DNA of 33,229 nt from Thelocarpon superellum (Eukaryota): assembly GCA_026025795.1 (NCBI GenBank), contig JAPEUG010000179.1, forward strand, positions 1 to 33,229. Reading direction: 5' to 3'. Position numbers and translations under genes: made by a program. Shown here one piece after another: positions 21,430 to 32,110 of this stretch. Each line of letters opens with the position of its first letter. Position 1 is the stretch's first letter. The notes under the pieces are model-generated. The model did no database searches, was not told the DNA's origin, and saw nothing but the letters and a program-made list of their open reading frames with translations.

Positions 21430-24080
21430 ATGGTGAAGCGGAAGCTCGGTGCTCTGGAGAAGGTAGAGGCGGATATGTAATGTGCCCGCCGACCCGGAAC
21501 AGCCATTGAGCTGACCGTTCGTTTTCTCCTTGCAGAGCGAATTTGCAGTACAAGATCCGACGAGATCCAGCGTACGCCCCTACGCCGCTACGCCCCAACG
21601 CCCCAACGACCCCAGCGGCGCGACGTGATCCATTGCAGCTAATGGTTGAGTAGGTCCTACCGTGAGGATTTCATCAACCAGTATCGGCAATATGAAGCAG
21701 CGCGGGATATCTTTCTCGAAGCACCGGCGTCGGTGTCGATGGATGGCGTCCTCTCCTTCCGCGAGTCCATTGACCTTCTCGCCCACGTCGCCGACTGCTA
21801 CCCCGACCTGACTGCCACCGTGCCCAACGATCTTGCGACCATCTTGTCCGCCCATCATGCCACCTTGGAGTCGGAACTTCGGGAGAAGATTGTGGGCAGC
21901 TTGGTGCTGCTGCGGAAAAAAGAGATCATCAAGTCTGCGACGTAGGTCGATACTGTCTCATCTGCTCTACGTCAGTGGCTGATGAAGCGTAGCTTGCTGC
22001 AGATCCTCTTCCCAATCCTCGTCGGAACTCCCAGCAAGACCCTCCGAGCGCTCCTCTTCACCAAAATCCTCTCCGATCTACGCACGGCCAACTCCAAAAC
22101 CATCGACCATCAATTGAACCGCACCGTCCAGAATGTGCTCTTTGGCTTGCTGCTTGACGACCGTGTCTCGCCAAAGGGCCTCTGGGCTGTCAAGATCACC
22201 CGCGAACTATGGAAGCGCCAGCTATGGACGACCTCCAAAGCCGTCGAGATCATGAAGGAGGCCAGCTTGTCCGAGAACGAGAAGATTGTTCTTGGGGGTG
22301 TGCGCTTCTTCTTGGGAGGTGACAGGGAAAGGGAAGAGCTCAAAGATGAAAGCAGTGATGAGGATTCCGCGTTGGACATTGGGAAGCTAAAACATCAGGC
22401 ACACATCAACAAGAAGTCGAAAAAGCAAGCCAGATCGATAGAAAAGGCGGTGGCGACCATCAAAAAGGTAGGTGACGGGCGCGGAATGCGCGACAGCTGC
22501 GATCTAACCACCGTGTGATCTCCTCTAGAAACGGAAAAAGAGCCAGCCACATCTGCTGAACTTCTCGGCCCTCCATCTACTGCACGATCCTCAGGGGTTT
22601 GCCGAAGAGCTTTTTGCGAAGCATCTGCAGAACTCGAGATCGAAACTGAACCTCGAGCAAAAGCTGCAAGTCTTGCAGCTGGTCACTCGTCTGGTCGGCT
22701 TGCACAAGTTGACCATCACCAGCCTCTATTCCTACTTTCTAAAGTGCGGCGTTCTCACCAGAAATCTACCAAGAACCGTGGCTGATTACGAACAGATATC
22801 TCACACCACGGCAACCATCCGTGACCTCGTTCCTTGCTTCCCTTGCCCAGGCTACCCACAGCTTCGTGCCGCCTGACGTGCTGGAGCCACTGGTCCAGAA
22901 AATCGCGAACGAATTCGTATCCGAAGCCTCCGCTGCCGAGGTTGCATCGGCTGGTTTGAACGCCATCCGCGAAATATGTGTGCGACAGCCGTTGGCGATG
23001 AACGATACCTTGTTGCAGGACCTCATCATGTATCGCAAGAGCAAGGACAAAGGCGTCGTGATGGCCGCCAAGGGACTCCTAGCGCTCTATCGCGAGGTGG
23101 GTGCGGAGATGCTGAAAAAGCGAGATCGAGGCAAGGCGGCCGCGATGGGTCTGAGGTCAGGCGAAAGGAAAGAACGGCGATTCGGCGAAGAAGAGGCCGG
23201 AGGAATCGAGGGTATCGAGCTGCTGGAGCGATGGAAAGAGGACGAGAAAAAAAGGAAAATGGAAGTGGACGGGGACGCAGGAGATCAGAGTGGTGGCGAG
23301 TCAGAGGATTGGGGGGCGTGGGATGTGGAGGAGCAGGACGACAGTGACGAATCCGGTGGATGGATCAATGTCGAGAGCGATGACGAGATCAACATCAGCG
23401 ACGACGATGATGAGAAGCGGGGGAGCAAAACGCCCAAAGCTCAAGAGCCAAGTGACACGGCCAACGGGATCGTTGATCCTGGAGCAGACGCGGTAGTGTC
23501 GAGCGAGACACGGACATCGACATTAGCGACATCCAGAGTACGTCTTGCATGACGGTAACACCCTCTCCAAGTACTGACCAGGCGGACTTAGATTCTCACG
23601 CCTGCGGACCTGGCCAAGCTTCAAGAACTCAGGCTACAGGCCGAGGTAAACAAGCTCACGGGGAAAAAGAAGCGAAAGGTGCAAGAAAAGTAGGTCCCTC
23701 CTCCCTCTCCCCATGGCGCCACATCACTCACACCCCGGGCTCCTAGCCGACACATCGACGACCCTCTCACGGCGGAGGCAATTGAAGGTCTCGCCTCGCT
23801 TTCCGGACACGCGACCAAAGAAGCGAAGCTCGCAGCCGCGGCAGCGGGGAAGACGGACCGCAGCGAGCACCGCAGCCGACAAGCCGTCCGACAGGAAGAG
23901 AAGCAGGCGCAGGGTAAGAGCAGCACAAACCGCGAGAAGGCGCGCAAGAAGAACTTCATGATGACGCTGGGCAAGGCGCGGGGAAAGCAGAAGAGAAGTC
24001 TGCGAGAGGCTGGCAAGGTCTTGAGAGGTCACGTCGATCGTGCGAAACGGGGAGGGAAGAGAGGCAATGTTGGTAGTTAG
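21430..24080 (+). CDS. SDA1: Protein SDA1 (60S biogenesis), about 744 aa; exons 21430-21476, 21536-21571, 21654-21941, 21993-22467, 22529-22743, 22796-23537, 23592-23689, 23747-24080
   Basis: NLQYKIRRDP-SYREDF, LNFSALHLLHDPQGFAE, GLNAIREICVRQP, LYREVGAEMLKKRDRGK, RILTPADL, STNREKARKKNFMM. Seven GT-AG introns give a continuous frame. Confidence 0.95.
21573..21612. repeat. Imperfect 8-mer minisatellite (WACGCCCC)x5 in SDA1 intron 2
   Basis: tacgcccc tacgccgc tacgcccc aacgcccc aacgaccc, starting inside the GTACGC donor. Confidence 0.85.
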
Positions 24081-24637
24081 GTGATGTCTAGCTTCCACCC
24101 CACCCCTCATCCGAGGCAGACAGATGTCTATCTACTCTCTGCACGAGATGCTAGACAATGAAGTCTACTCCGTCCACCGCAATAGCGCCAAGAATCTCCG
24201 GACGTCAATCCGTCAAGCCTCCAAACCAGAGGATTGTGTTTCATTTCGAGGATACACATCAACGTGGGCGCCTACGCAAAGAGGTGCGGGTGACGTGCTC
24301 GGAGCAGGTACATCTCGACCGTCAACCCCGATCTAGCGTAAGTGGACCGAAGGGTGACGTGATCTGGTCTTGACACCCTTCATGTGATCATGAGGCCGTT
24401 TGAGCTTTAGATGAACGGTCAAGGTACATGTTCAACGAGGGGGGTGGACGGGGATCGGGTCGTGGCCACTGGCGGGGCAGGCACCGGGGGCGGGGGCAAG
24501 GGCAAGCCAGGACGATCGATTCAAATCCGTTCCGACGGCCGTCTACCGTAGGTATCTCGCTTCCCACGGGCGACAGATGGCAGTCCAGCGTCTCGCCGGC
24601 ACCGCGGACCCCCATCGAGCACGCACGCAGGTCCAGT

Positions 24638-25507
24638 TCAGATATTATTCTTCTCCAAGAACTCCAGTATCATCAGCCCCAGCTCCTGCGTCTCCGTCTC
24701 GCCGGCAAAATGACCCGCGTCCAGCATATGCAGCTCGGCAAGCGGCAGATCATTCTTGAACGCCGCCGCGCCGGGCGGGATAAAGAACGGGTCGTTCTTG
24801 CCCCACGCTATGAGCGTCGGGATCTGGCTCTGGCGGAACCACTCCTGGAAGCGCGGGTACAGCGCCACGTTGGACTCATAGTCCTTGAACAGGTCGAGCT
24901 GGATCTCCGCGTTGCCCTCGCGCGACATCAGGGCGTAGTCGAGCGTCCACGACTCCGGGGCGATGCGCTCGGGGTGCCTGGTGCCGAACTCGTACTGCCA
25001 TCGGGTGGTTTCGGCGGTCAGGACGCCGGCGCGAACCGCCTCCCGGTCCTCGGCCGCCCCCGTCCTCCAGTACTGCTGGATGGGGCCCCATGCGTCGCCG
25101 AGCCCCTCGCGGTATGCGTTCCCGTTCTGTGAGATGAGAGCACGGACGGCGTGGCGCCGGTTCAGTGCGACGCGGAGCCCGACGGGGGCGCCGTAGTCGA
25201 AGATGTACATGGAGAAAGAGGTCACGGAGAGCTTGTCCAAGAATTCGTTGATGGTGGTGGCTAGCTTGGCGAAGGTGTGCTTATATCCGGCCTGGGTCGT
25301 CGTGAAGCCAAACCCGGGAAAGTCGGGGGCCAGGACGTGGTAGCGCGGTGCAAGGATGGGGATGAGATTCCGGAACATGTGTGACGAGGTGGGGAAGCCA
25401 TGGAGCAGGAGTATCGTGGGCTTGCTGGGCGAGCCAGCGGTACGATAGAAGACCGTAGCATCCGACAGCGGAAGATAGCGGGTGGTGGTGGTGGGAGGGA
25501 CTGACAT
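24638..25507 (-). CDS. Alpha/beta hydrolase (epoxide hydrolase/haloalkane dehalogenase-like), 289 aa, intronless
   Basis: LLHGFPTSSHMFRNLIP oxyanion motif, APDFPGFG, nucleophile elbow FDYGAPVG (Asp), QNGNAY, WGKNDPFF, catalytic His in DAGHFA. Confidence 0.93.
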   Translation of the reverse strand: MSVPPTTTTRYLPLSDATVFYRTAGSPSKPTILLLHGFPTSSHMFRNLIPILAPRYHVLAPDFPGFGFTTTQAGYKHTFAKLATTINEFLDKLSVTSFSMYIFDYGAPVGLRVALNRRHAVRALISQNGNAYREGLGDAWGPIQQYWRTGAAEDREAVRAGVLTAETTRWQYEFGTRHPERIAPESWTLDYALMSREGNAEIQLDLFKDYESNVALYPRFQEWFRQSQIPTLIAWGKNDPFFIPPGAAAFKNDLPLAELHMLDAGHFAGETETQELGLMILEFLEKNNI

Positions 25508-27049
25508 GGTGTGGGTGACACGATGGGCCAGGGGACGAGGGGGGAATTCTGATCAGGCAGCCGCCGACAGCAACGGAAAGCAGGCCTCTTTGGCATGCGG
25601 AGGAGAAAAGAGCGCACAAGGAGACGGGATGGCGTTGATGAATTTATGTAGACGGCGGAGTCTAGTCAACATAGATGCATGATCTCACAGCGTCCTGGGA
25701 GAGCTCGAGCCAATCGGAGCTTGGTCAGCAGGCAGGCAGGCAGGCAAGGTCGTATCCGCGCACTGGCATATCATGACCATCTACGACCATCCGTGGCCTT
25801 GGGTTGCAAGTCCTGCAACATGCATGTGCGATGCCTCTGTCGAGCTCGGCCATCCCACGTTCCTTTTCCGCATCGGTGCAAGTAATCCGACGACCTAGCG
25901 CTGCCCCACGCACAGCGCCATCGGCCGGCTGGCCCATGCAGCTCAAGTGTCATCCGTGAAAGAGTCGCGACAGGTTCCGGCGGTGAGAGAGCTAGTCGTA
26001 AGGCAGGTGTCAAGAAGGCCGGCCCGCATGAAGAGCACATCACTTGACCGACACAAAGCGACGGACACGTCGCGGGCCGATGCATTCGATCGTTCCCCGG
26101 GCGCGCGGTCTGCGCCCAGCTGTCTCGACCCCGCTGATATCAGCGTGTCGTCCGAAAGCTACCTCATAGAGCAACTCGAACATGGGCATGCAGCTAGAAG
26201 TCCACTCGGCTGTGACGGTCTTACTGCTTTAGGCAATTTCTTCCCCAGGCCTCAAAAACGAGTGGTCCAGATCGTCGGGCCCCAAAGACGGGGCAATGAC
26301 GAGAGCGAGCCACTTAGTCCCCGATGCCCATCGAGGCAGTGAAGGAAAACCCGGTAAATGTGGGCGATGGCGTGAGCCTTAGAGTGCTCGTGCAAATAGG
26401 CGCGATAATGCTCCTGGGGACCGCAGCCTGCAGGACGAGGACAGCACATCTATCACTCGCGACCAGAGTCTTCGACCCTTTTCGCCCGCGAGAGTGAGAA
26501 GTATAAACGCAAGATTTTCCGTCCGCGCTGGAGTTTATCACCGGCTGGAGGTTGGACATCGGGCGATGGGCGATGAGCGTGAAGTCTAATACGTCCACAA
26601 CCGCACGCTCCCTCCGCTGGCATTGGCGTGGGTCGGAACCCATTCGGAGGGCGTCCAGAGCAACGAGCAGTTCGTTGGTCGACCCAACGGATCGCGGCGG
26701 CCTTGGGCCAACACACTGCATCTGCGGCGGTGGGGTCATCGACCGCAACGCAGGCCGGTGCAGACGGGCCATGACCAATAACGGTGGTCTGCTTGAAGGG
26801 ATTGTCAATGCGGTCGAATGTTCTTTAGGTATCCTTTAGGTAAAGATGTGAAATGACCGAGCGCCAGGCTCGCGTAGAAGCTTAACGGATGGCACTCACA
26901 GAATTGAACGCGTTTGCCGGTCGAGCGGAGCGGGCGACCAGGTCAAAAAAGTCATCTGCCTCTCGCCACACGTCACACGTCACGTCCGCCAGCCCTCGAC
27001 AGACCGACCGCCACACCACCGCCACTCGGCTACCGAGCACAAATTTACA

Positions 27050-27707
27050 ATGCAACGTCGCATGGTATTATTGCTCATCTGTTGCGCGTGTGATGCTCTC
27101 GCGATGCTGATGATCCCTTGCCTCCGTAGCTGACTAGAGAGGATGAAGCCTCGACGGGTGGGGAGGAACGTGAGGTGCGCCGAGAAGATCAAGACAAGAT
27201 CAATCGATTCAGCCGCCTCCATCAGCGAGAGCTCTTGATGGAAGAGGAGCTGAAGACCAAGCGGGTTCGTCCAGCTTCCGCCGTCCTCTGTCTCTTCCGC
27301 TGCGCGTGCTGCGCGGTGCAGACAGGGCTACAGTGTGGCTGACGGGGATGGCCGCGGCAGAAGGATCGTGAGGATCTGGACGAAGTCTCGAATGAGCTGG
27401 AGCTGTCCGATGAAGATGACCTGGTCCCGTATGCACCCAGTGACCGCGGTCTGACCGCCACCGTCACCGCCCTCTCCATCACCTCGACCGGGCTGCTAAT
27501 GTCTCTCGGTGCAGGTACAAGATTGGAGATGCCTACATTTCGCTTCCGGTGCCCGAAGTACAGGGCCTGCTGGGCGCGTCTTCCGAGAGGATCGAGCACG
27601 ATATTTCCGCGCTGGAGGAGAGACTTAGCGGGATTCGCGACGAGATGGAACAGTTGAAGATCGCCCTCTACGCCCGTTTTGGGAGGAGCATAAATTTGGA
27701 GACGTAG
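27050..27707 (+). CDS. GIM3: Prefoldin subunit 4, 136 aa; exons 27050-27064, 27130-27264, 27361-27428, 27515-27707 (missed by the ORF track)
   Basis: Spliced translation MQRRMLTREDE...EVRREDQDKINRFSRLHQRE...ELELSDEDDLVPYKIGDAY...LKIALYARFGRSINLET*. Confidence 0.93.
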
Positions 27708-28233
27708 AAGGGCAGGCGCGTTGGTGAAGTCCGCATTGACGTCTGCATTGCTCGGTGATGATGTTTCATTTCTCCTCGCGCCTACGAGCTCGGGTGGACC
27801 GGTCTCAGGCTAGTAGCGAGTCTCGCGATGGTCGTCATTTGGCAATCCCCACCCCGTTTCGGCCATCTCCATCCCCCGGTGCCCATCATGAGCGGCGACC
27901 ACTTCACCGCGACTAATTACCGGGGAATTTCTCGTCGCGACGAGCAATGCTCGGCAGATTGCCGACGCACCCCGATAGTCACCAGGCCTCGGGCGGCCCG
28001 CTCGATTGATAGCATTCGCCCTCGACCTTGGCCAGACACGGTAGGTCGCGTCGTCTCACTATCGCGACGCGAACAGCACCCCGCTGATGTGACGATCCCT
28101 CAATCGCGTAGATGAGGTCCGATCCCCCAACCCGGCGGTCACGCATGCCCGCCGCCCGCTGCGTCCCTCACCTGGCTTTCTGTCAACTTCAACACCGCTA
28201 CCACCGTCAACCCCGGCAGCGGACGATGCGGTC

Positions 28234-30255
28234 ATGGCTCTCAATCGGCGGTCGAGAAACTTGATGAACCTCACCATCCGACGAGTACGCTCGCTGGAGA
28301 CCTTCCGCGATGAGACCAAGACCTTTGACACCAGGAAGAGTACGGCGGGTCCGAATCGTGTAAGGCAGAGCAGACGAGACTGACGCGGCGCAGCTTCATT
28401 CGACATCGAACGCCTCCTGTCACGATGGGACCACGACATCGACCTGAAGCTTCCCATCGAAAAGACGGGCCTTTTCGGCGGCAAGATCCCCATCCACTTT
28501 CCCTTTGGCGATCCTGAGAACCCGATCAACTGGTCCAAGGTGCGTCGTCAACCCCGCCACCCCAGCCGGGCCATCGCTGACTTGTCTAGGGCAAGAAATG
28601 GTTCGTCGTCGTCGTGACACTGGCTGCCATCCTGAACAGCGCCCTCGCATCCTCCCTGCCTCCGCCTTTGGTTGCAACCATCGGGGCGCAGTTTCAGGTG
28701 GTCGATCCCACCCAGTTGGCCCTTCCTGTCGCCATCTTCTACGCCGGATGGATCATCGGCCCCGCAATATTCGGCCCTCTGAGCGAGAAGCGCGGCCGCC
28801 GGTTCATCTTAAGCTCAGCCTTTACCATCTTCACCGCCTTCACCTTGGCCACCGCCTTGACCCCGTCATGGATTGCCTTTCTCATCTTTCGCTTCGTCGT
28901 CGCCCTCAGCGCGTCGGCCCCGCTCTCCATTGTCGGTGGCGTGTACGCCGACCTGTATGATGATTCCACGACTCGGGGTCGGGCCATGGCCTTCTTCGTC
29001 GCGGTACGCTCCACTCTCCTCCCCGCGAGTCATCCTATGCTGACCAGACTAGATGCTCATTTTGGGAGTTTCCGCCGGACCTGCGGTCGCGCAGTACGCG
29101 ACTATCGTCACCTGGCAATGGCACTTTTGGGTAGCGTTGATCCTGGCGGTCCCAACCTGGATTGCGCTCTTCTTCGTGCCGGAGTCCTATGGTCCGATCT
29201 TACTCAAACGACGGGCGCAGAATATGCGGGCCTCGACCCGTAATCCGAAGATCGTCGCCCCGATCGAGCTGACGGAGCAGGATGAGCATCAGATGATGAA
29301 CGTGTCCCAGACCCGGGCTCTGCAGATGATCTTCGGCGAGCTGATGGTGGTTGTCTCCTCGCTCTACCTGTCTTTGGTGTTCGCCGTCTTCTTTTTGCTC
29401 CTCGGAGCATACCCCCTCATCTTCCAAGGTTCGTCCTCGCCTCCCGTCGCCCTCACTCCCGAGTGGTGCTAAGGGCGTCAAGTTGGCACAGGAATCTACG
29501 ACCTCGACCCTCGATCCGCGAGCCTTGCGCTCGTGCCCGGTAAGAACTCACGCTCGACCGATCTCTAGATCATCGCTGACGTCTCCAGTCGTGGTGGGAG
29601 GCTTCGCCGGATGCGGGCTCGTCGTGCTCTACGACAACATCTTGGCCCGCGCGCGGCGGTCGAATCTCCCCTGGGCCATGGTGGAAGACTATCGACGTCT
29701 TCCGCTGGCATGCGTGGGATGTCCCCTGCTCGTAATCTCACTGCTCTGGCTGGTACGTGGTCCAGTACCATGTGCGCCACCTCTGACTGAGCACTGACGC
29801 GCGGACAGGGTTGGAGCGCGACCTCACAGGTGCACTGGCTGTTCCCGATGCTCGCGGGCTTGCCATTTGGTACTGGTTTCCTGCTCGTCTTCGCCTCCTT
29901 CTTAAACTACCTAGTGGACGCGTACGAGATCTTCGCCACCTCGGCCATCGCAGCGACCTTCTGCTGCCAAAGCGTTTTCGGCGCGCTCCTACCTTTCGCC
30001 GTCACGCCGCTCTACAATCTTCTCGGGGTGAAGTGGGCCACGACGGGACTGGCGGGCGTCGGCCTGGCGCTGGTCCTGTTCGCCTTGGTGTTGGTCTGGT
30101 GCGGGGCTCCGATTCGGACCAAGAGCAAATTCTACCAGGATCTGCTGCGAAAGCGGGAGGAAGCGCTGGCGGCGGCGGCGGCGGATGCGTACGGGAGCGA
30201 CAGCAGCGTCTCCAACAGCCTCGCGGATGAGCTGCCCTATCGTTGGCGACGATGA
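28234..30255 (+). CDS. MFS drug:H+ antiporter (DHA1-like), about 566 aa; exons 28234-28339, 28394-28539, 28590-29003, 29053-29428, 29492-29539, 29589-29752, 29809-30255 (5' start uncertain)
   Basis: DPENPINWS, motif A FGPLSEKRGRR, GGVYADLY, PESYGPILLKRRA, NYLVDAY and multiple TM helices. Six introns restore the frame. Confidence 0.9.
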
Positions 30256-30497
30256 CCACGGCGGGCTCCGACACGAAGTGAGTAGACGGAATTCCTGTCC
30301 GCAGCAGTGCGGGCCTGTTTCGGCGTTCAGCGAGTCGTGTGTGGGTTAATCTGGTGCATGGGCCTCAGTCATTTGTCACATAATTCTCTACAATATAGTG
30401 CGATAAAGTACGGATATAATTCGCTATTGGGCCCCTGCATTCCCATTATCCATTTTCTGACCCCCAGTACGCCGCCGCCAACAGGACACGGTTTGCG

Positions 30498-30897
30498 TCA
30501 TGAGCGGGAAGGAAGCAAGACCTTGGATCGGATCAAGAGGGATCGCCTCCGGTGCCTCGGTGAAGACGATTTGTCGGGCGCGATGATGGCATCGTAATTG
30601 GGCGGCTCATCCTTGTCGGACTCGCTGTCGCTGGTGTAGACGGTCCGATCCGCATCGCAGTCCCGGCCGCCTCGCAGTCGCTCGACGCGTTTCGCATTCT
30701 CCGCCTTGAGCGCTTCGAAATCCCTCTCGTACTCGGCTTTCCGGGCGCGGGAGGCGCGCCGTTTATCTTGAACTCTGCGGGTGGCCGTGGTCAGCATCAT
30801 GAAGAGTCCCACGCGCGACCCGGATGACGGATCATAGCACTCGGCGGGCCTACTTTTCAAAGGCCAGTGCGCCCAGGGCGATGATGATAGCGGCCAT
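30498..30897 (-). CDS. Small uncharacterised protein (106 aa): N-terminal hydrophobic anchor, basic coiled coil, PPxY motif; exons 30897-30854, 30774-30498
   Basis: accATGg context. MAAIIIALGALAFEK is joined by a 79-nt intron (GTAGGC..GCTGAC..CAG) to VQDKRRASRARKAEYERDFEALKAENAKRVERL...EPPNYDA. Upstream TATA. Confidence 0.8.
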
Positions 30898-31064
30898 GGT
30901 AACGAAGCGCACACCGCTTGAGTGTGTTGTCAGGAGCCTCGACCCAAGGTAGAATGTCTGTTGACAAGCAAGTGCTGGCTCGAGATGGACGAGGAGGGCT
31001 TGCTCGTGTGGTGCGTCATACGATGAAAAGATACACTGGACTAGGCGAGGGGCAGTCGCCGTGC

Positions 31065-31087
31065 TATATACGAACGACGATGACTCA
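31065..31087 (-). promoter_or_regulatory. TATA box (31065-31070) and adjacent Gcn4/CpcA-type site ATGACTCA (31080-31087) of the small PPxY gene
   Basis: TATATA about 170 nt upstream of ATG 30897; TGACTCA 10 nt further upstream. Confidence 0.5.
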
Positions 31088-32110
31088 ATCGGTCCGGGGG
31101 GCTCTCCCGGGATCTGAGATACCCCGGAATCCTTTGGGCTGGAAAGGACACGGGCGCGGAGCGGTGGGTGGGTTACGCATCCAGGTGACCACATCCATTT
31201 TTAGCGTCACCCCGACGTATTCATGCGCGGCGCACTACGCCATCCATTTTGATCTTCAGCGGTGGGTGGTTGGCGTGGCGCTATACAAATCTCCGACGGT
31301 GGCTGGACAGCCTTAGGCTTGTTCGCGTGCGCCCTTGACCACAAATTTGTTCCAAATAAAGTCTTGTTCGTCACCACTTTCGCGTGGTTGAGTGGTGGCA
31401 CTAGCCTCATGATCCATGTGCCGTACTTCGTACAGCGATTGGTGGCGTGACCGTAGACGAAGCAATGCAGATACCGTGGCATCCGGCCGCTCAACAGTTC
31501 AATTCTCTCCCGCGAATAGACTGCGTCTCCGGATCTCCCTGGATATCCTGGTTTCGTAGTCCCAATGTGCATCTAGAGTTCTAGAAGCCGAGACTAGGGA
31601 CTTGATGTGTCCCACGGCGGCCGGACTCTCGGGAGCACGTTCCAACCTGAAATAATTGATGAAATTTCAATAAATATTCCGAAATCGCGGCTTGGTTACG
31701 AATGCTTTGCGTCGTGAGGCGTTGCAGATAAGTACGACTGCTGGGGCAATGGTACTAGCCACGCAACGGACAGACCTTCCGCGTCAGCATCTATCAACCG
31801 GTTGCATAGCGTTTATCGCTGGCGTCGTGGTCGCCGGGAGGCAAGGTACCGTCCAGGTAATGGACATCTGCACAGTCGGACGCTTCGGATATTCTGGTTG
31901 CGTCACAACGGCATCCTCCGCCACTGTCAGTCTCGGGAACTTCCGAGGGCTCGCGTAGCACGACTCGCACCGCGTGCGGTAATGTCAATATGCCTGACGG
32001 TGCTCCGTTCCATGAAGCGTGATGAGCGCAACGCCAAGCTTCGTGCTCATGGCCCGTCCATCGTCCATTGGCTTGATAAAGATGGCTTAATCCTATGATC
32101 TGTGCACGCA

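Noticed and set aside
24428..25132. 234-aa + strand ORF with RG-rich start overlapping the hydrolase
   Set aside because: Mostly an antisense shadow; the RG tract simply reflects the G-rich DNA
25600..26950. ORFs between the hydrolase and GIM3 (e.g. 164 aa, minus strand)
   Set aside because: No domain motifs or coherent exon structure; likely divergent promoter DNA
31095..31150. TPP-riboswitch-like CTGAGA-TACCC sequence
   Set aside because: Lacks the conserved CUGAU/P4-P5 pyrophosphate-sensing arm, is not in an intron of a thiamine gene, and folds into two simple hairpins
31207..31572. 121-aa minus-strand ORF
   Set aside because: No recognisable family and lacks the GC3 bias of the real genes; cannot be supported without expression data
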